A DNA stretch of 55,499 nt from Rubricoccaceae bacterium. Its GTDB lineage: Bacteria; Bacteroidota; Rhodothermia; Rhodothermales; Rubricoccaceae. The position numbers were made by a program, and so were the translations under genes. Position 1 is the stretch's first letter. The number at the start of each line of letters is the position of its first letter. The stretch is from NCBI GenBank assembly GCA_024639085.1, contig JAHEJB010000001.1:1-55499 (forward strand), written 5' to 3'. The notes under the pieces were generated by a model, which made no database searches, was not told the origin of the DNA, and worked only from the letters and a program-made list of their open reading frames with translations. Below, in pieces: positions 29,138 to 37,692 of the stretch.

Positions 29138-31042
29138 ATGAGCAGTTCATCAACTCGCGGCCGACTTTCTGCGCTTCTTGAGCGTACGCCACCGTTCAAC
29201 CTTCTTGGCGACGACGACCGTACGTCGCTGATTAGCTCGTTGACGGCAGTCAACTACGAGTCCGGAGAAGTCATCCTGGAGCAGGGCCTTGACGTCCACA
29301 AGTCGCTTTTCGTTGTAGAGGAAGGCCTTGTGCGGCTGATGAATGTGGAGGAAAAACGGTTCATCGATATGAGCGGGGCGTCTTCGCAGTTTGGTTCGTA
29401 CGGGATCATTCAGGGAGGCATTCTGCCTTACGAGGCGCGCGCAGTGGAGGACACGACGTGCCACCTCGTTCCCTCAGATAAGCTGCGGGAGTTGCTGGAT
29501 GCCAACGAGGATTTCGCAGCGTACTTCGACGAGGAAATCAAGCGATACGTCCGAACGATTGACACGGCACTTGACGCATCTGGCGCCTTTCTCCTGTTTG
29601 ATACGGCCCTCGTGCGACTTAGTAGGGACGCCGTGATTGTCAGCCCGCGCACGACCATTCAGGAGGTTGCCCAGGCAATGAGCGACGCCGATGCCGACAC
29701 AGTGGTTGTGGTGGAGAATGATGTCGCACTCGGCGTCATCACAGAAGGCGACATCGTGGAAAAAGTAGTAGCAGAGGGAATGTCTGCCGAGACTCATGCG
29801 ATGCAATTAGTGGACCGTCCGGCGGTGGTGCTGGATGGCGGTGAACGACTCTTTGACGCTGTTCAGGCCATGATGCAGCACCGAATCCGGCGGATTGTTG
29901 TGATTGAGACGCCGCAAGATGGGACCGAAACAGAGTTTGGCATACTCTCGGCAGAAGATGTGAGCCATTACCGCGGCCTCGACCCGGTGGCCACGATCGA
30001 GTTGATCGAACGGGCCCGCTCTATATCGGCGTTGGCCTCACTTCGGAGGGAGTCCAACAGGCGGTTGCTGCGGCTATATCAACAAGGTGTGCAGAGCGAA
30101 GATCTCCTTGGCGTTGTCTCCGAACTGGACGACCAGATAAAGCGGCGGCTTCTACAGCTTGTGGAAGAAGAGGTCCGCAAAAACAACCCCGCGCTGGTCA
30201 TGGGTATGAGTTGGGGATGGATGTCGTTTGGAACGGCGGGGCGAAAGGAGTCTACAATTCGGGGACGCCAACATAACGGCCTCGTTTATGCTGATTCGGC
30301 GGTTCCAGCCGAAGCCGAAAAGGCTGCAAAATGGTTTTTGCTTCTGGCCGAGCGAGCGTGTGAGGCCCACGAAGAGTGCGGCTATTTCCCCTCAGATACG
30401 GGCATTGTTGCTCGCAAGGAGGCATTCTGTCAGCCGGTTTCGAAGTGGCAGGAAATGTTCGCGCACTGGGCAGAAGGCATAGATGCTCCCATTACGGCCC
30501 GCGCAGTCTCGACATTCGATGTTCGCGTTATTTATGGCGACGAATCGCTTGGCGATGCCGTTCGGGCAACCATTGATGAGCACACGCCAAACCCGCGCCT
30601 GCTGTCCATAATGGTTAGCCAGGGCGTAGAAGTCAACGTGCCGATCTCCGTATTCAATCGCTTCCAGCTGGACCGCAACGAGAACGACGAAGAAGGCTTT
30701 GACATGCGGGCCAAGGGAATTCGCCCCGTTGTAGAGTTCGCGCGGGCTTTGGCATTGGAAATCGGCTTCACGAAATCGGCCAGCACATTTGAGCGGCTGA
30801 GGGCGGTGGAGTCGTCCGAGAGTCACTCCGCCGCTGAGGCCCGGACCTTGCTCACTGCCTTCGTCACACTCGCGGACCTCCACCTTCGCCTCCAGATGCA
30901 GGCGGCCGAAGTAGGCGAAACCCCAACCGACTGGATGGACCCCGGCAAGCTCCACAAGAGCCAGCAGAACCTACTCAAAGACACGCTCAAGGCCGTTCAG
31001 CGTGTGCAGCAGTCGCTGGCGAGCAGGTATGTGGAGCGGTAG
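29138..31042 (+). CDS. cNMP-binding + CBS-pair + DUF294 nucleotidyltransferase signal-transduction protein
   Basis: cNMP-binding domain ('PPFNLLGDDDRTSLISSL..VNYESGEVILEQG'). Two CBS modules ('VIVSPRTTIQEVAQAMSDADADTVVVVEN', 'VVLDGGERLFDAVQAMMQHRIRRIVVIE'). Then an NTase-like 'WGWMSFGTAGRKESTIRGRQHNGLVY' and a helical C-terminal domain. Start at ATG 29138. Confidence 0.85.
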   Translation: MSSSSTRGRLSALLERTPPFNLLGDDDRTSLISSLTAVNYESGEVILEQGLDVHKSLFVVEEGLVRLMNVEEKRFIDMSGASSQFGSYGIIQGGILPYEARAVEDTTCHLVPSDKLRELLDANEDFAAYFDEEIKRYVRTIDTALDASGAFLLFDTALVRLSRDAVIVSPRTTIQEVAQAMSDADADTVVVVENDVALGVITEGDIVEKVVAEGMSAETHAMQLVDRPAVVLDGGERLFDAVQAMMQHRIRRIVVIETPQDGTETEFGILSAEDVSHYRGLDPVATIELIERARSISALASLRRESNRRLLRLYQQGVQSEDLLGVVSELDDQIKRRLLQLVEEEVRKNNPALVMGMSWGWMSFGTAGRKESTIRGRQHNGLVYADSAVPAEAEKAAKWFLLLAERACEAHEECGYFPSDTGIVARKEAFCQPVSKWQEMFAHWAEGIDAPITARAVSTFDVRVIYGDESLGDAVRATIDEHTPNPRLLSIMVSQGVEVNVPISVFNRFQLDRNENDEEGFDMRAKGIRPVVEFARALALEIGFTKSASTFERLRAVESSESHSAAEARTLLTAFVTLADLHLRLQMQAAEVGETPTDWMDPGKLHKSQQNLLKDTLKAVQRVQQSLASRYVER

Positions 31043-31574
31043 GGTCAGTGAGCTCAAAGCGTCACCCGTTATTCATTTTGGTCTTTCGGGGCCATTGGTA
31101 TCAGAGCCCAATCAGTCCTGACGTTAGTCGGGATTGGAGCGTAGTTAGAGCGATCCAGCCACCGTGTTTGATCTGTCTTTGATACCGCCCGTTGCCCCCG
31201 CGCCTTTTCTCGGACCCTTCGCTTCGCTAACCCCCGTTCATTCTCAACGTGTATGTTTCGTTCACGTTCAGCTGGACAATCGCATTGAGTCTTTGCCGGA
31301 TAGTTGGTCGTTCCGTTCGATCGAAACCAAGTCCTTTACCGAGCCTCTCGAATACACCGCCCGCGTCTTGATTCGTGCGCCGAGCGAAAGCATTGTGCGT
31401 GACAATGAACGCTAGTAGGCGAGTCTTCTTCGGGAGTGTCTCGTTTCGAACGCGTCGAATCTGTTTAACAAAGTCACCCAATGATGCAGGAGAGCTCTGT
31501 TCTGGAGTACAAAATAGATAGGGGTGCGTCTAGCCGAACATAGAACGCAATCGCGTTGCATTATTGAAGATCGC

Positions 31575-33494
31575 TCACCCAAACAACGTCCAGAACAGCC
31601 CGAATCGGACGCGGTGGGCAGGTAGAGGGTAAATCGGAACGATGAAGGCTCCGTCGTAGGTGCGAGTGGAGAGGACGTTTTCGTAGAGGAAGAACAGGGT
31701 GGCCCGTTGCTGGAGGCGGGCTTCTACAACGAGGTCCAGCATTCCACTTGTCGGGACCTCAGGAGAGGAAGCGGCGGGGAGCGCAAACAAAGCTGCCTGC
31801 GGGATGTAGCTGCGACTGCGAAAGGCACTCCATGCGCGTCCCTGCGCGGCCAGATCGATATCGAGGTTGTTGCTGAAGAGTGCATCCGCGCGAACGCCGA
31901 GACGACCATTGGCCCAGACAGCAGGAAGGGCATCGGCTTCGCGGAGGTGTAGGTCGGAGTCGTCCGGATTAAGAACGGTCGAGCCATTGACCGTCGCATT
32001 CGCGTAGAAACCACGTTCTACATTCGCGCGCCATCCGATATAAAGCGAACCGCCAGCCCGTCGAAGGCTGCCTGAAAGATCCTGAAAGGCTGCGCTGCCA
32101 GCGCCATCATCAACCAAAGATCGCGGGTTGGATGTGAGGCTGGCGAATCCACGAAGCGCTACCTGGAATGAACCCGCATGCAGTTCAAACCCTGCCTCGC
32201 CTGATGCTGTTTGTTCAGACGACTGGGCCGCCAATCCTGTAAGCTGATCACCGTAACCCGTCATCTCAATTCGGCCCGGAACGTGGCCTGCGTAGCTCAA
32301 TCCAACAAAAGCACCGCTCCGTTCAACGCGAAACTGTCCCGACGGGAATACTTCACTAGCAACCGAATGCACACCTGCTTCGGCCTTGAGTCCCCATCCT
32401 GAAACAGATACTGAATCGGACAGCGTACCGTGAATCTGCGTACGGGCGTCAATCCCGACAAACGGATTGGATTGCCCACCCGCCGCGTCGTCCCACCATC
32501 CGTCAGCGTGCAGCGACAAATGATGATCGCCTGTTCGAAACGGCAGGACGAGTTGGCCTCCAAACCGATTGCCTCTAACGAACGACGTGTCGAGTCCTGT
32601 TGGCGAGAACCGCTCGTGCTGGCGCGTCCAATACGTTGCCATGGTCAGCGCATCTGGACCCAACGGTAGACGGATGGACAAAGCGAGGTCATTTCGGCTC
32701 GTCTCGCGAGATGCTGCGGCATCCAGCACCGTGGCCGTGGCGGGATTGTAGGCGGCAGGAAAGTCCGGAGCGACCCCGGAACGGGCACCAACCGTGTGCT
32801 TGGTGTGGAACTCCGTAAGCGTAGCCGCGAAGCCGAGCCGCGAAAGAGAAAGCCTTCCCAGCGCCTGCCAGCTTCGCAATGCGCCGCCCGCAAACTGCCC
32901 ATCCGACTGCGTTCCGGACACGTGGCCCAGGAAACCAAGACGACCGCCATCACCGCCTAACAGCCCAGGCGGTGTTCGTGTCTGGGCATGAGAGGCAGAC
33001 ACATACTGCATGCCTTCCTGACCCGTCAGAAATTTCAGTTCTGTGATGGGCGTACTTCCCGCGAGCGGACGGACTTGTGCGTTAAATGCGCGGAGTCTTC
33101 CAAAATGCGTTGATTCCAACCGAAATCGATCCAGCACAGCCGCAGGAAGCAATTCGAGATGTGGCCGCTCCGTGAACAGATCTGAGAACGGGAGGCCGTC
33201 AAGTGATAGCGACATCCGCTGCGGAGACTGTCCGTCAAGACTGACGCCATCCGCCCAACCTGTGTCTCCGAATTCGTAAAGAAGGGCTCCGGGGATTTCC
33301 CCGGCAATGTTCAGGACATCTACTTCTGGGATTGTGACGGGCACGGAGCCAACCGACAAACCTGTCGGTTCTACATAAGGAACAACGAGCGAATCACCTC
33401 GAACGCGCAACGAATCCTGGGCATCAACTGACGCACACAATCCGCAAACGAGCAACACAGCAAGCGCCTTTCCAGTTGACGGTTGCCTCCTCAT
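31575..33494 (-). CDS. outer-membrane beta-barrel (putative porin family) protein
   Basis: Signal peptide 'ALAVLLVCGLCASVDAQ'. 600+ aa of alternating amphipathic strands rich in G/S/A/aromatics, with an aromatic-rich C-terminus 'RFGLFWTLFG'. Confidence 0.7.
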   Translation of the reverse strand: MRRQPSTGKALAVLLVCGLCASVDAQDSLRVRGDSLVVPYVEPTGLSVGSVPVTIPEVDVLNIAGEIPGALLYEFGDTGWADGVSLDGQSPQRMSLSLDGLPFSDLFTERPHLELLPAAVLDRFRLESTHFGRLRAFNAQVRPLAGSTPITELKFLTGQEGMQYVSASHAQTRTPPGLLGGDGGRLGFLGHVSGTQSDGQFAGGALRSWQALGRLSLSRLGFAATLTEFHTKHTVGARSGVAPDFPAAYNPATATVLDAAASRETSRNDLALSIRLPLGPDALTMATYWTRQHERFSPTGLDTSFVRGNRFGGQLVLPFRTGDHHLSLHADGWWDDAAGGQSNPFVGIDARTQIHGTLSDSVSVSGWGLKAEAGVHSVASEVFPSGQFRVERSGAFVGLSYAGHVPGRIEMTGYGDQLTGLAAQSSEQTASGEAGFELHAGSFQVALRGFASLTSNPRSLVDDGAGSAAFQDLSGSLRRAGGSLYIGWRANVERGFYANATVNGSTVLNPDDSDLHLREADALPAVWANGRLGVRADALFSNNLDIDLAAQGRAWSAFRSRSYIPQAALFALPAASSPEVPTSGMLDLVVEARLQQRATLFFLYENVLSTRTYDGAFIVPIYPLPAHRVRFGLFWTLFG

Positions 33495-33508
33495 CTTTCG
33501 CGACCGGG

Positions 33509-34186
33509 TTAGCGCGTGACCGGGAAGAGGCCGAATAGTGAGTTCTCGACGCTGCTCACGATTTCAAACCGATCTTCGGGCGCATTCACAAAATCGAGCT
33601 TGTCGGTTTCTATGATGAGCTTGGGATGCTCGTAGCGTTCGATCCAGTCTTCGTAGAGTTCGTTGAGGCGCTCCAGATAGTCGATTCGGATGCCCGACTC
33701 GAAATCGCGGCCACGCGCCTGAATCTGCCGAACGAGTGTGGGGACAGAGGCACGGAGGTAGACGAGCAAGTCCGGCGGCTTGAGGTAGCTCGTCATGATG
33801 GCGAACAATTCGACGTAGTTCTCGTAGTCGCGCGGCCCCATGAGCTTCATGTCGTGGAGGTTGCGGGCGAAAATTTCCACGTCCTCGTAAATTGAGCGGT
33901 CCTGAACGACGGAATGTGGAGCTTCCTCAATCTCTCGCTGATGGTTGAAGCGGCTCGATAGGAAGAACACCTGAAGGTTGAACGACCACCGCTTCATGTC
34001 CCCGTAAAAATCCTCAAGGTATGGGTTGTCGTCCACGCGCTCGAAGAACGGCGACCAGCCGAAATACTCTGCCAAAACGGTCGTCAGTGAGCTTTTCCCC
34101 GCCCCAATGTTGCCTGCAATCGCCACATATGTCTTCGGGCGACTTTCGTCTGTCGCGGGCTGTTGGATGTCAAGCGATGGTTGCAT
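33509..34186 (-). CDS. deoxynucleoside kinase
   Basis: P-loop 'IAGNIGAGKSSLT', 'FFERVDDNPYL', 'QDRSIYED', 'YLRASVPTLVRQIQARGRDFE'. Start at ATG 34186. Confidence 0.9.
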   Translation of the reverse strand: MQPSLDIQQPATDESRPKTYVAIAGNIGAGKSSLTTVLAEYFGWSPFFERVDDNPYLEDFYGDMKRWSFNLQVFFLSSRFNHQREIEEAPHSVVQDRSIYEDVEIFARNLHDMKLMGPRDYENYVELFAIMTSYLKPPDLLVYLRASVPTLVRQIQARGRDFESGIRIDYLERLNELYEDWIERYEHPKLIIETDKLDFVNAPEDRFEIVSSVENSLFGLFPVTR

Positions 34187-34362
34187 GTGGAAAGATAGCG
34201 TCTGCGGTTCTGGGCTAATTCGTTGCCACACGCCCAATTCCCAAACCCCGAACATTGTTCACGGACGCTTGCCTTGCGCACGTGCGGATTGGGTGGAACG
34301 CTCGTTGTCTGCCAATCCTAATCGCGCTATTCTGTAACGAAGTAATTGCCGAGTCTTGATCG

Positions 34363-35655
34363 ATGTCCAAAGCGCCAAAGAAGCTTGCTGTTCTCGTCAG
34401 TGGAGGCCCCGCACCTGGCATTAACAGTGTTATCGGCGCAGCCACCATGCGTGCCATCGACGCCGGAATTGACGTGGTAGGGATCCGCGATGGTTTCAAG
34501 TGGATTATGAATGGCGACATCAGCCATGTTGAACCGTTGACTGTCGAGAAGGTCAGCCGCATTCACTTTCGCGGCGGATCTTTCATCGGCATTGCCCGCG
34601 ACAACCCCACCAAACAGGCTGAACATCTTGAGAACGCTGTGACGAGCCTGCTGCGCCTCAACGTCGACAAGCTGATCACTATCGGCGGCGATGACACAGC
34701 CTACAGCGCCATGCGCGTAGAAGAGCGGGCCAACGGGCGCATCCGCGTCGTCCACGTCCCAAAGACAATCGACAACGACCTCGCCCTCCCGCACGGGATT
34801 CCAACGTTCGGGTACAATACGGCGAAGCACGTCGGGGTCGAGCTTGTCGAGAACCTCATGGTGGACGCGCAGACGACAAGCCGGTGGTACTTCGTCGTGA
34901 CAATGGGGCGTTCGGCAGGCCACCTCGCCCTTGGCATCGGAAAGACGGCAGGAGCAACGCTCACGCTCATCCCCGAAGAGTTCCCCGAAGAGGTCATCTC
35001 ACTGAGCCACATCGTGGACATCCTCGTCGGCGCCATTATCAAGCGGCTCGCCACAGGTCGACGAGATGGTGTCGCCGTTCTCGCCGAGGGGCTCCTCGCT
35101 CGCCTCGATCCAAAGGACCTTGAGATCCTTGACTCGGTGGAGCGCGACGCCCACGGCAATATCAGGCTGGCCGAAGTCTCCTTTGGCGAGATCGTAAAGT
35201 ATCGGGTGCAGGAACGGTTGAAGGAGTTCGCGTTGAAAACAACGATCATTGCCAAGAACATCGGCTACGAACTTCGTTGCGCCGACCCCATTCCATTCGA
35301 CATGGAGTACACACGTGACCTTGGTTTCTGCGCCGCGCAATACCTCATTGATGGAGGTAACGCTGCCATGGTCTCGATGCAGATTGGCCATTTCGTCCCT
35401 CTGTTCTTCCGCGATATTCTCGACACGGAAACACAGCGCACACGCGTGCGGAGAGTGGACATCTCGAGTGAGTACTACAGAATCGCTCGGGCGTACATGC
35501 TCCGCCTCGACAAAGACGACTTCGATGACTCGCACGAGTTGGCGACGTTTGCTGCTACTGCCAATGTCACGCTCGAGGCCTTCCGCGAGCAGTTCGAGTA
35601 CCTGTTGGTTGAGGATGTGCTCTACCGGGAGAGCTCGGGCAGGTTTACACTCTAG
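34363..35655 (+). CDS. pfp: 6-phosphofructokinase, pyrophosphate-dependent type by signature
   Basis: 'LVSGGPAPGINSVI', 'ITIGGDDTAYSA' and 'HVPKTIDNDL' give Asp and Lys at the positions that are Gly104/Gly124 in E. coli PfkA. Also 'TMGRSAGHLAL'. Confidence 0.85.
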   Translation: MSKAPKKLAVLVSGGPAPGINSVIGAATMRAIDAGIDVVGIRDGFKWIMNGDISHVEPLTVEKVSRIHFRGGSFIGIARDNPTKQAEHLENAVTSLLRLNVDKLITIGGDDTAYSAMRVEERANGRIRVVHVPKTIDNDLALPHGIPTFGYNTAKHVGVELVENLMVDAQTTSRWYFVVTMGRSAGHLALGIGKTAGATLTLIPEEFPEEVISLSHIVDILVGAIIKRLATGRRDGVAVLAEGLLARLDPKDLEILDSVERDAHGNIRLAEVSFGEIVKYRVQERLKEFALKTTIIAKNIGYELRCADPIPFDMEYTRDLGFCAAQYLIDGGNAAMVSMQIGHFVPLFFRDILDTETQRTRVRRVDISSEYYRIARAYMLRLDKDDFDDSHELATFAATANVTLEAFREQFEYLLVEDVLYRESSGRFTL

Positions 35656-35681
35656 CCCGCGAAGGTCCCTGGGGGAATGGG

Positions 35682-36755
35682 CTACAACACCCTCACCCCA
35701 AACGACGTCCCCACACTAAGCGCAGCTCGGACGTGCGGGCCATCAGGTTGGACGTTTCGAATCTTGCCGGCAACGTCTGCCAAAGGGATTTCCGTCATCT
35801 TGCCATCACTGAGCGCCACCATGAGGCCCGATCGGCCTTCCTCAACAACATAGGCGGCGTGCGAGCCGAAGTGCGTGGAGAGGATGCGGTCGAACGGCGT
35901 CGGCGTACCGCCGCGTTGAACGTGGCCGAGGATGGTCGTGCGGACCTCGCTTTCCAGTCGTTCCTCAAGCATTTTTGCGAGCACATTGGCCGCGCCGCCG
36001 AGTCGGATGGGATCAGGTGAATCCTCGATGATCCGCTGAATGGCTAGCTCTCCGCCCTTGGGTTTGGCTCCTTCGGCAATGGCGATGATGGTGAACCGCT
36101 GGCCCCCACGTTCGCGCTTCAAACAAGCCCCAGCAACTACGTCGATCTCGTAAGGGAATTCGGGAAGCAAAATGATGTCTGAGCCCGAAGCCACGCCTGC
36201 GTGCAGCGCGATCCACCCCGCGTAGCGTCCCATTGTTTCGAGGATCATTACGCGGTGGTGGCTCTGGGCCGTGCTGTGTAGTCGGTCAAGGGCGTTGGCA
36301 GCCACGGTAACTGCCGTGTCGAAACCAAATGTCCTGTCCGTGCCAACCAGATCGTTGTCGATGGTTTTGGGGACGCCCACAATCGCCAACCCTTTCTCCT
36401 GTAAGCCGTGGGAGATGGTCATTGTGCCATCGCCGCCAATTACCACGAGGGCGTCAAGACCCATGTCGTGGTAGCGGGCTACCACATCGTCCGAAACATC
36501 CGCGTTGTCCTGAGCGAAGTACCGAAAGGGATTGGCTTTGTTGGAGGTGCCGAGGATCGTACCGCCGTCGGTTAGTATTCCCGATACCGATTTATAGTCA
36601 AGCGTCCGATAACGGCCTTCGATCAGCCCAAGGAATCCATCCTCAAATCCTACTACGTCTGCACCGCATCGAAGCAGAAGACTTTTTGTTACGGCGCGGA
36701 TCACCGCGTTCAGCCCCGGGCAATCGCCGCCGCCTGTGAGAAGGCCAACACGCAT
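35682..36755 (-). CDS. pfkA: 6-phosphofructokinase (PfkA family; mixed Gly/Lys donor signature)
   Basis: 'MRVGLLTGGGDCPGLNAVIRAV', 'VVIGGDGTMTIS', 'GVPKTIDNDL', 'ETMGRYAGWIAL', 'LGHVQRGG'. Confidence 0.9.
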   Translation of the reverse strand: MRVGLLTGGGDCPGLNAVIRAVTKSLLLRCGADVVGFEDGFLGLIEGRYRTLDYKSVSGILTDGGTILGTSNKANPFRYFAQDNADVSDDVVARYHDMGLDALVVIGGDGTMTISHGLQEKGLAIVGVPKTIDNDLVGTDRTFGFDTAVTVAANALDRLHSTAQSHHRVMILETMGRYAGWIALHAGVASGSDIILLPEFPYEIDVVAGACLKRERGGQRFTIIAIAEGAKPKGGELAIQRIIEDSPDPIRLGGAANVLAKMLEERLESEVRTTILGHVQRGGTPTPFDRILSTHFGSHAAYVVEEGRSGLMVALSDGKMTEIPLADVAGKIRNVQPDGPHVRAALSVGTSFGVRVL

Positions 36756-36855
36756 GGATATGGAAAGAGTGAGTTGCGGAGGGAGGCTACGTCACGGCGC
36801 GCATCCCCGCCAAACTCTTGGTGTAGCTTTCGTCTCTCGCCAACCAATCCGAACA

Positions 36856-37692
36856 ATGCGCCTTCGCATACTCGCCCCTGCATTCCTTCTCCTTGTTCCT
36901 CTGTTCGCAGGTTGCTTTCAGATACACACGACCATCTTTCTCAACGAAGACGGCAGTGGGACTATTGAGGAAACGATTCAGTTGGCTTCGTTTGCAGTGA
37001 ACATGATGGCGAGCATGGATACGACGGAAGCGTTTAGCCTCATCGACGAGGACAAGCTGAATTCTCGCGCAGATAGCTTGGGAGAGGGCGTTGTGTTCGA
37101 AGGTGTCGAAGCGGTCTCGGATGGTTCCTTTGAGGGCTACATCGCTGTGTATTCGTTTTCGGATATCAGCAAGGTTCGTTTGAATGACAGCAGCGATGCA
37201 TTGCAGCTCAATGACGATGACGAACCTTCTTCTGAGGATCCCTCGGAGGGAATGAATGGACTCGGGTTGGATGGCGTCACGTTTAGCTACGAGCCCGGAG
37301 TGCTACACATCCACATTCCACACGATGAGGGGTCGGGCGAAGACATGCACCCAGATACCCTGGCAGCCAAAACCGAAGAGATGCGGCAGCAAATGGAGGA
37401 AACCGGCGGAATGATGCGCGCCTTTCTTGCCGATGCGCGATTTGCCGTGACGATAGAATTCCCCTCTGCGATCTCTGAAACCAACGCTGCTTATGCAGAG
37501 GACACGAAAGTCACACTGGCCGACATCACATTTGGACCACTAATCGACCTGATGCAGGATAACCCGGAACTGGCCGTACGTCTCCAAGAAGCCCAGACGG
37601 AAGCCCAGCGCCAAGCGATCCTTGTTGAGATAGGCGACATGGAGGACTTCCGATACGAGCCAGGCAATGAGATTGTGGTTTGCTTTGACTAG
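36856..37692 (+). CDS. hypothetical acidic lipoprotein
   Basis: Start at ATG 36856, lipobox 'VPLFAGC'. Asp/Glu-rich mature part with no recognised domain. Confidence 0.6.
   Translation: MRLRILAPAFLLLVPLFAGCFQIHTTIFLNEDGSGTIEETIQLASFAVNMMASMDTTEAFSLIDEDKLNSRADSLGEGVVFEGVEAVSDGSFEGYIAVYSFSDISKVRLNDSSDALQLNDDDEPSSEDPSEGMNGLGLDGVTFSYEPGVLHIHIPHDEGSGEDMHPDTLAAKTEEMRQQMEETGGMMRAFLADARFAVTIEFPSAISETNAAYAEDTKVTLADITFGPLIDLMQDNPELAVRLQEAQTEAQRQAILVEIGDMEDFRYEPGNEIVVCFD

Noticed and set aside
31227-31481. Possible degraded tyrosine-recombinase fragment (84-aa ORF)
   Set aside because: The resemblance rests on a few residues. There is no R..HxxR..Y catalytic pattern, no flanking tRNA and no repeats. 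It is kept only as a note under the intergenic-gap finding.
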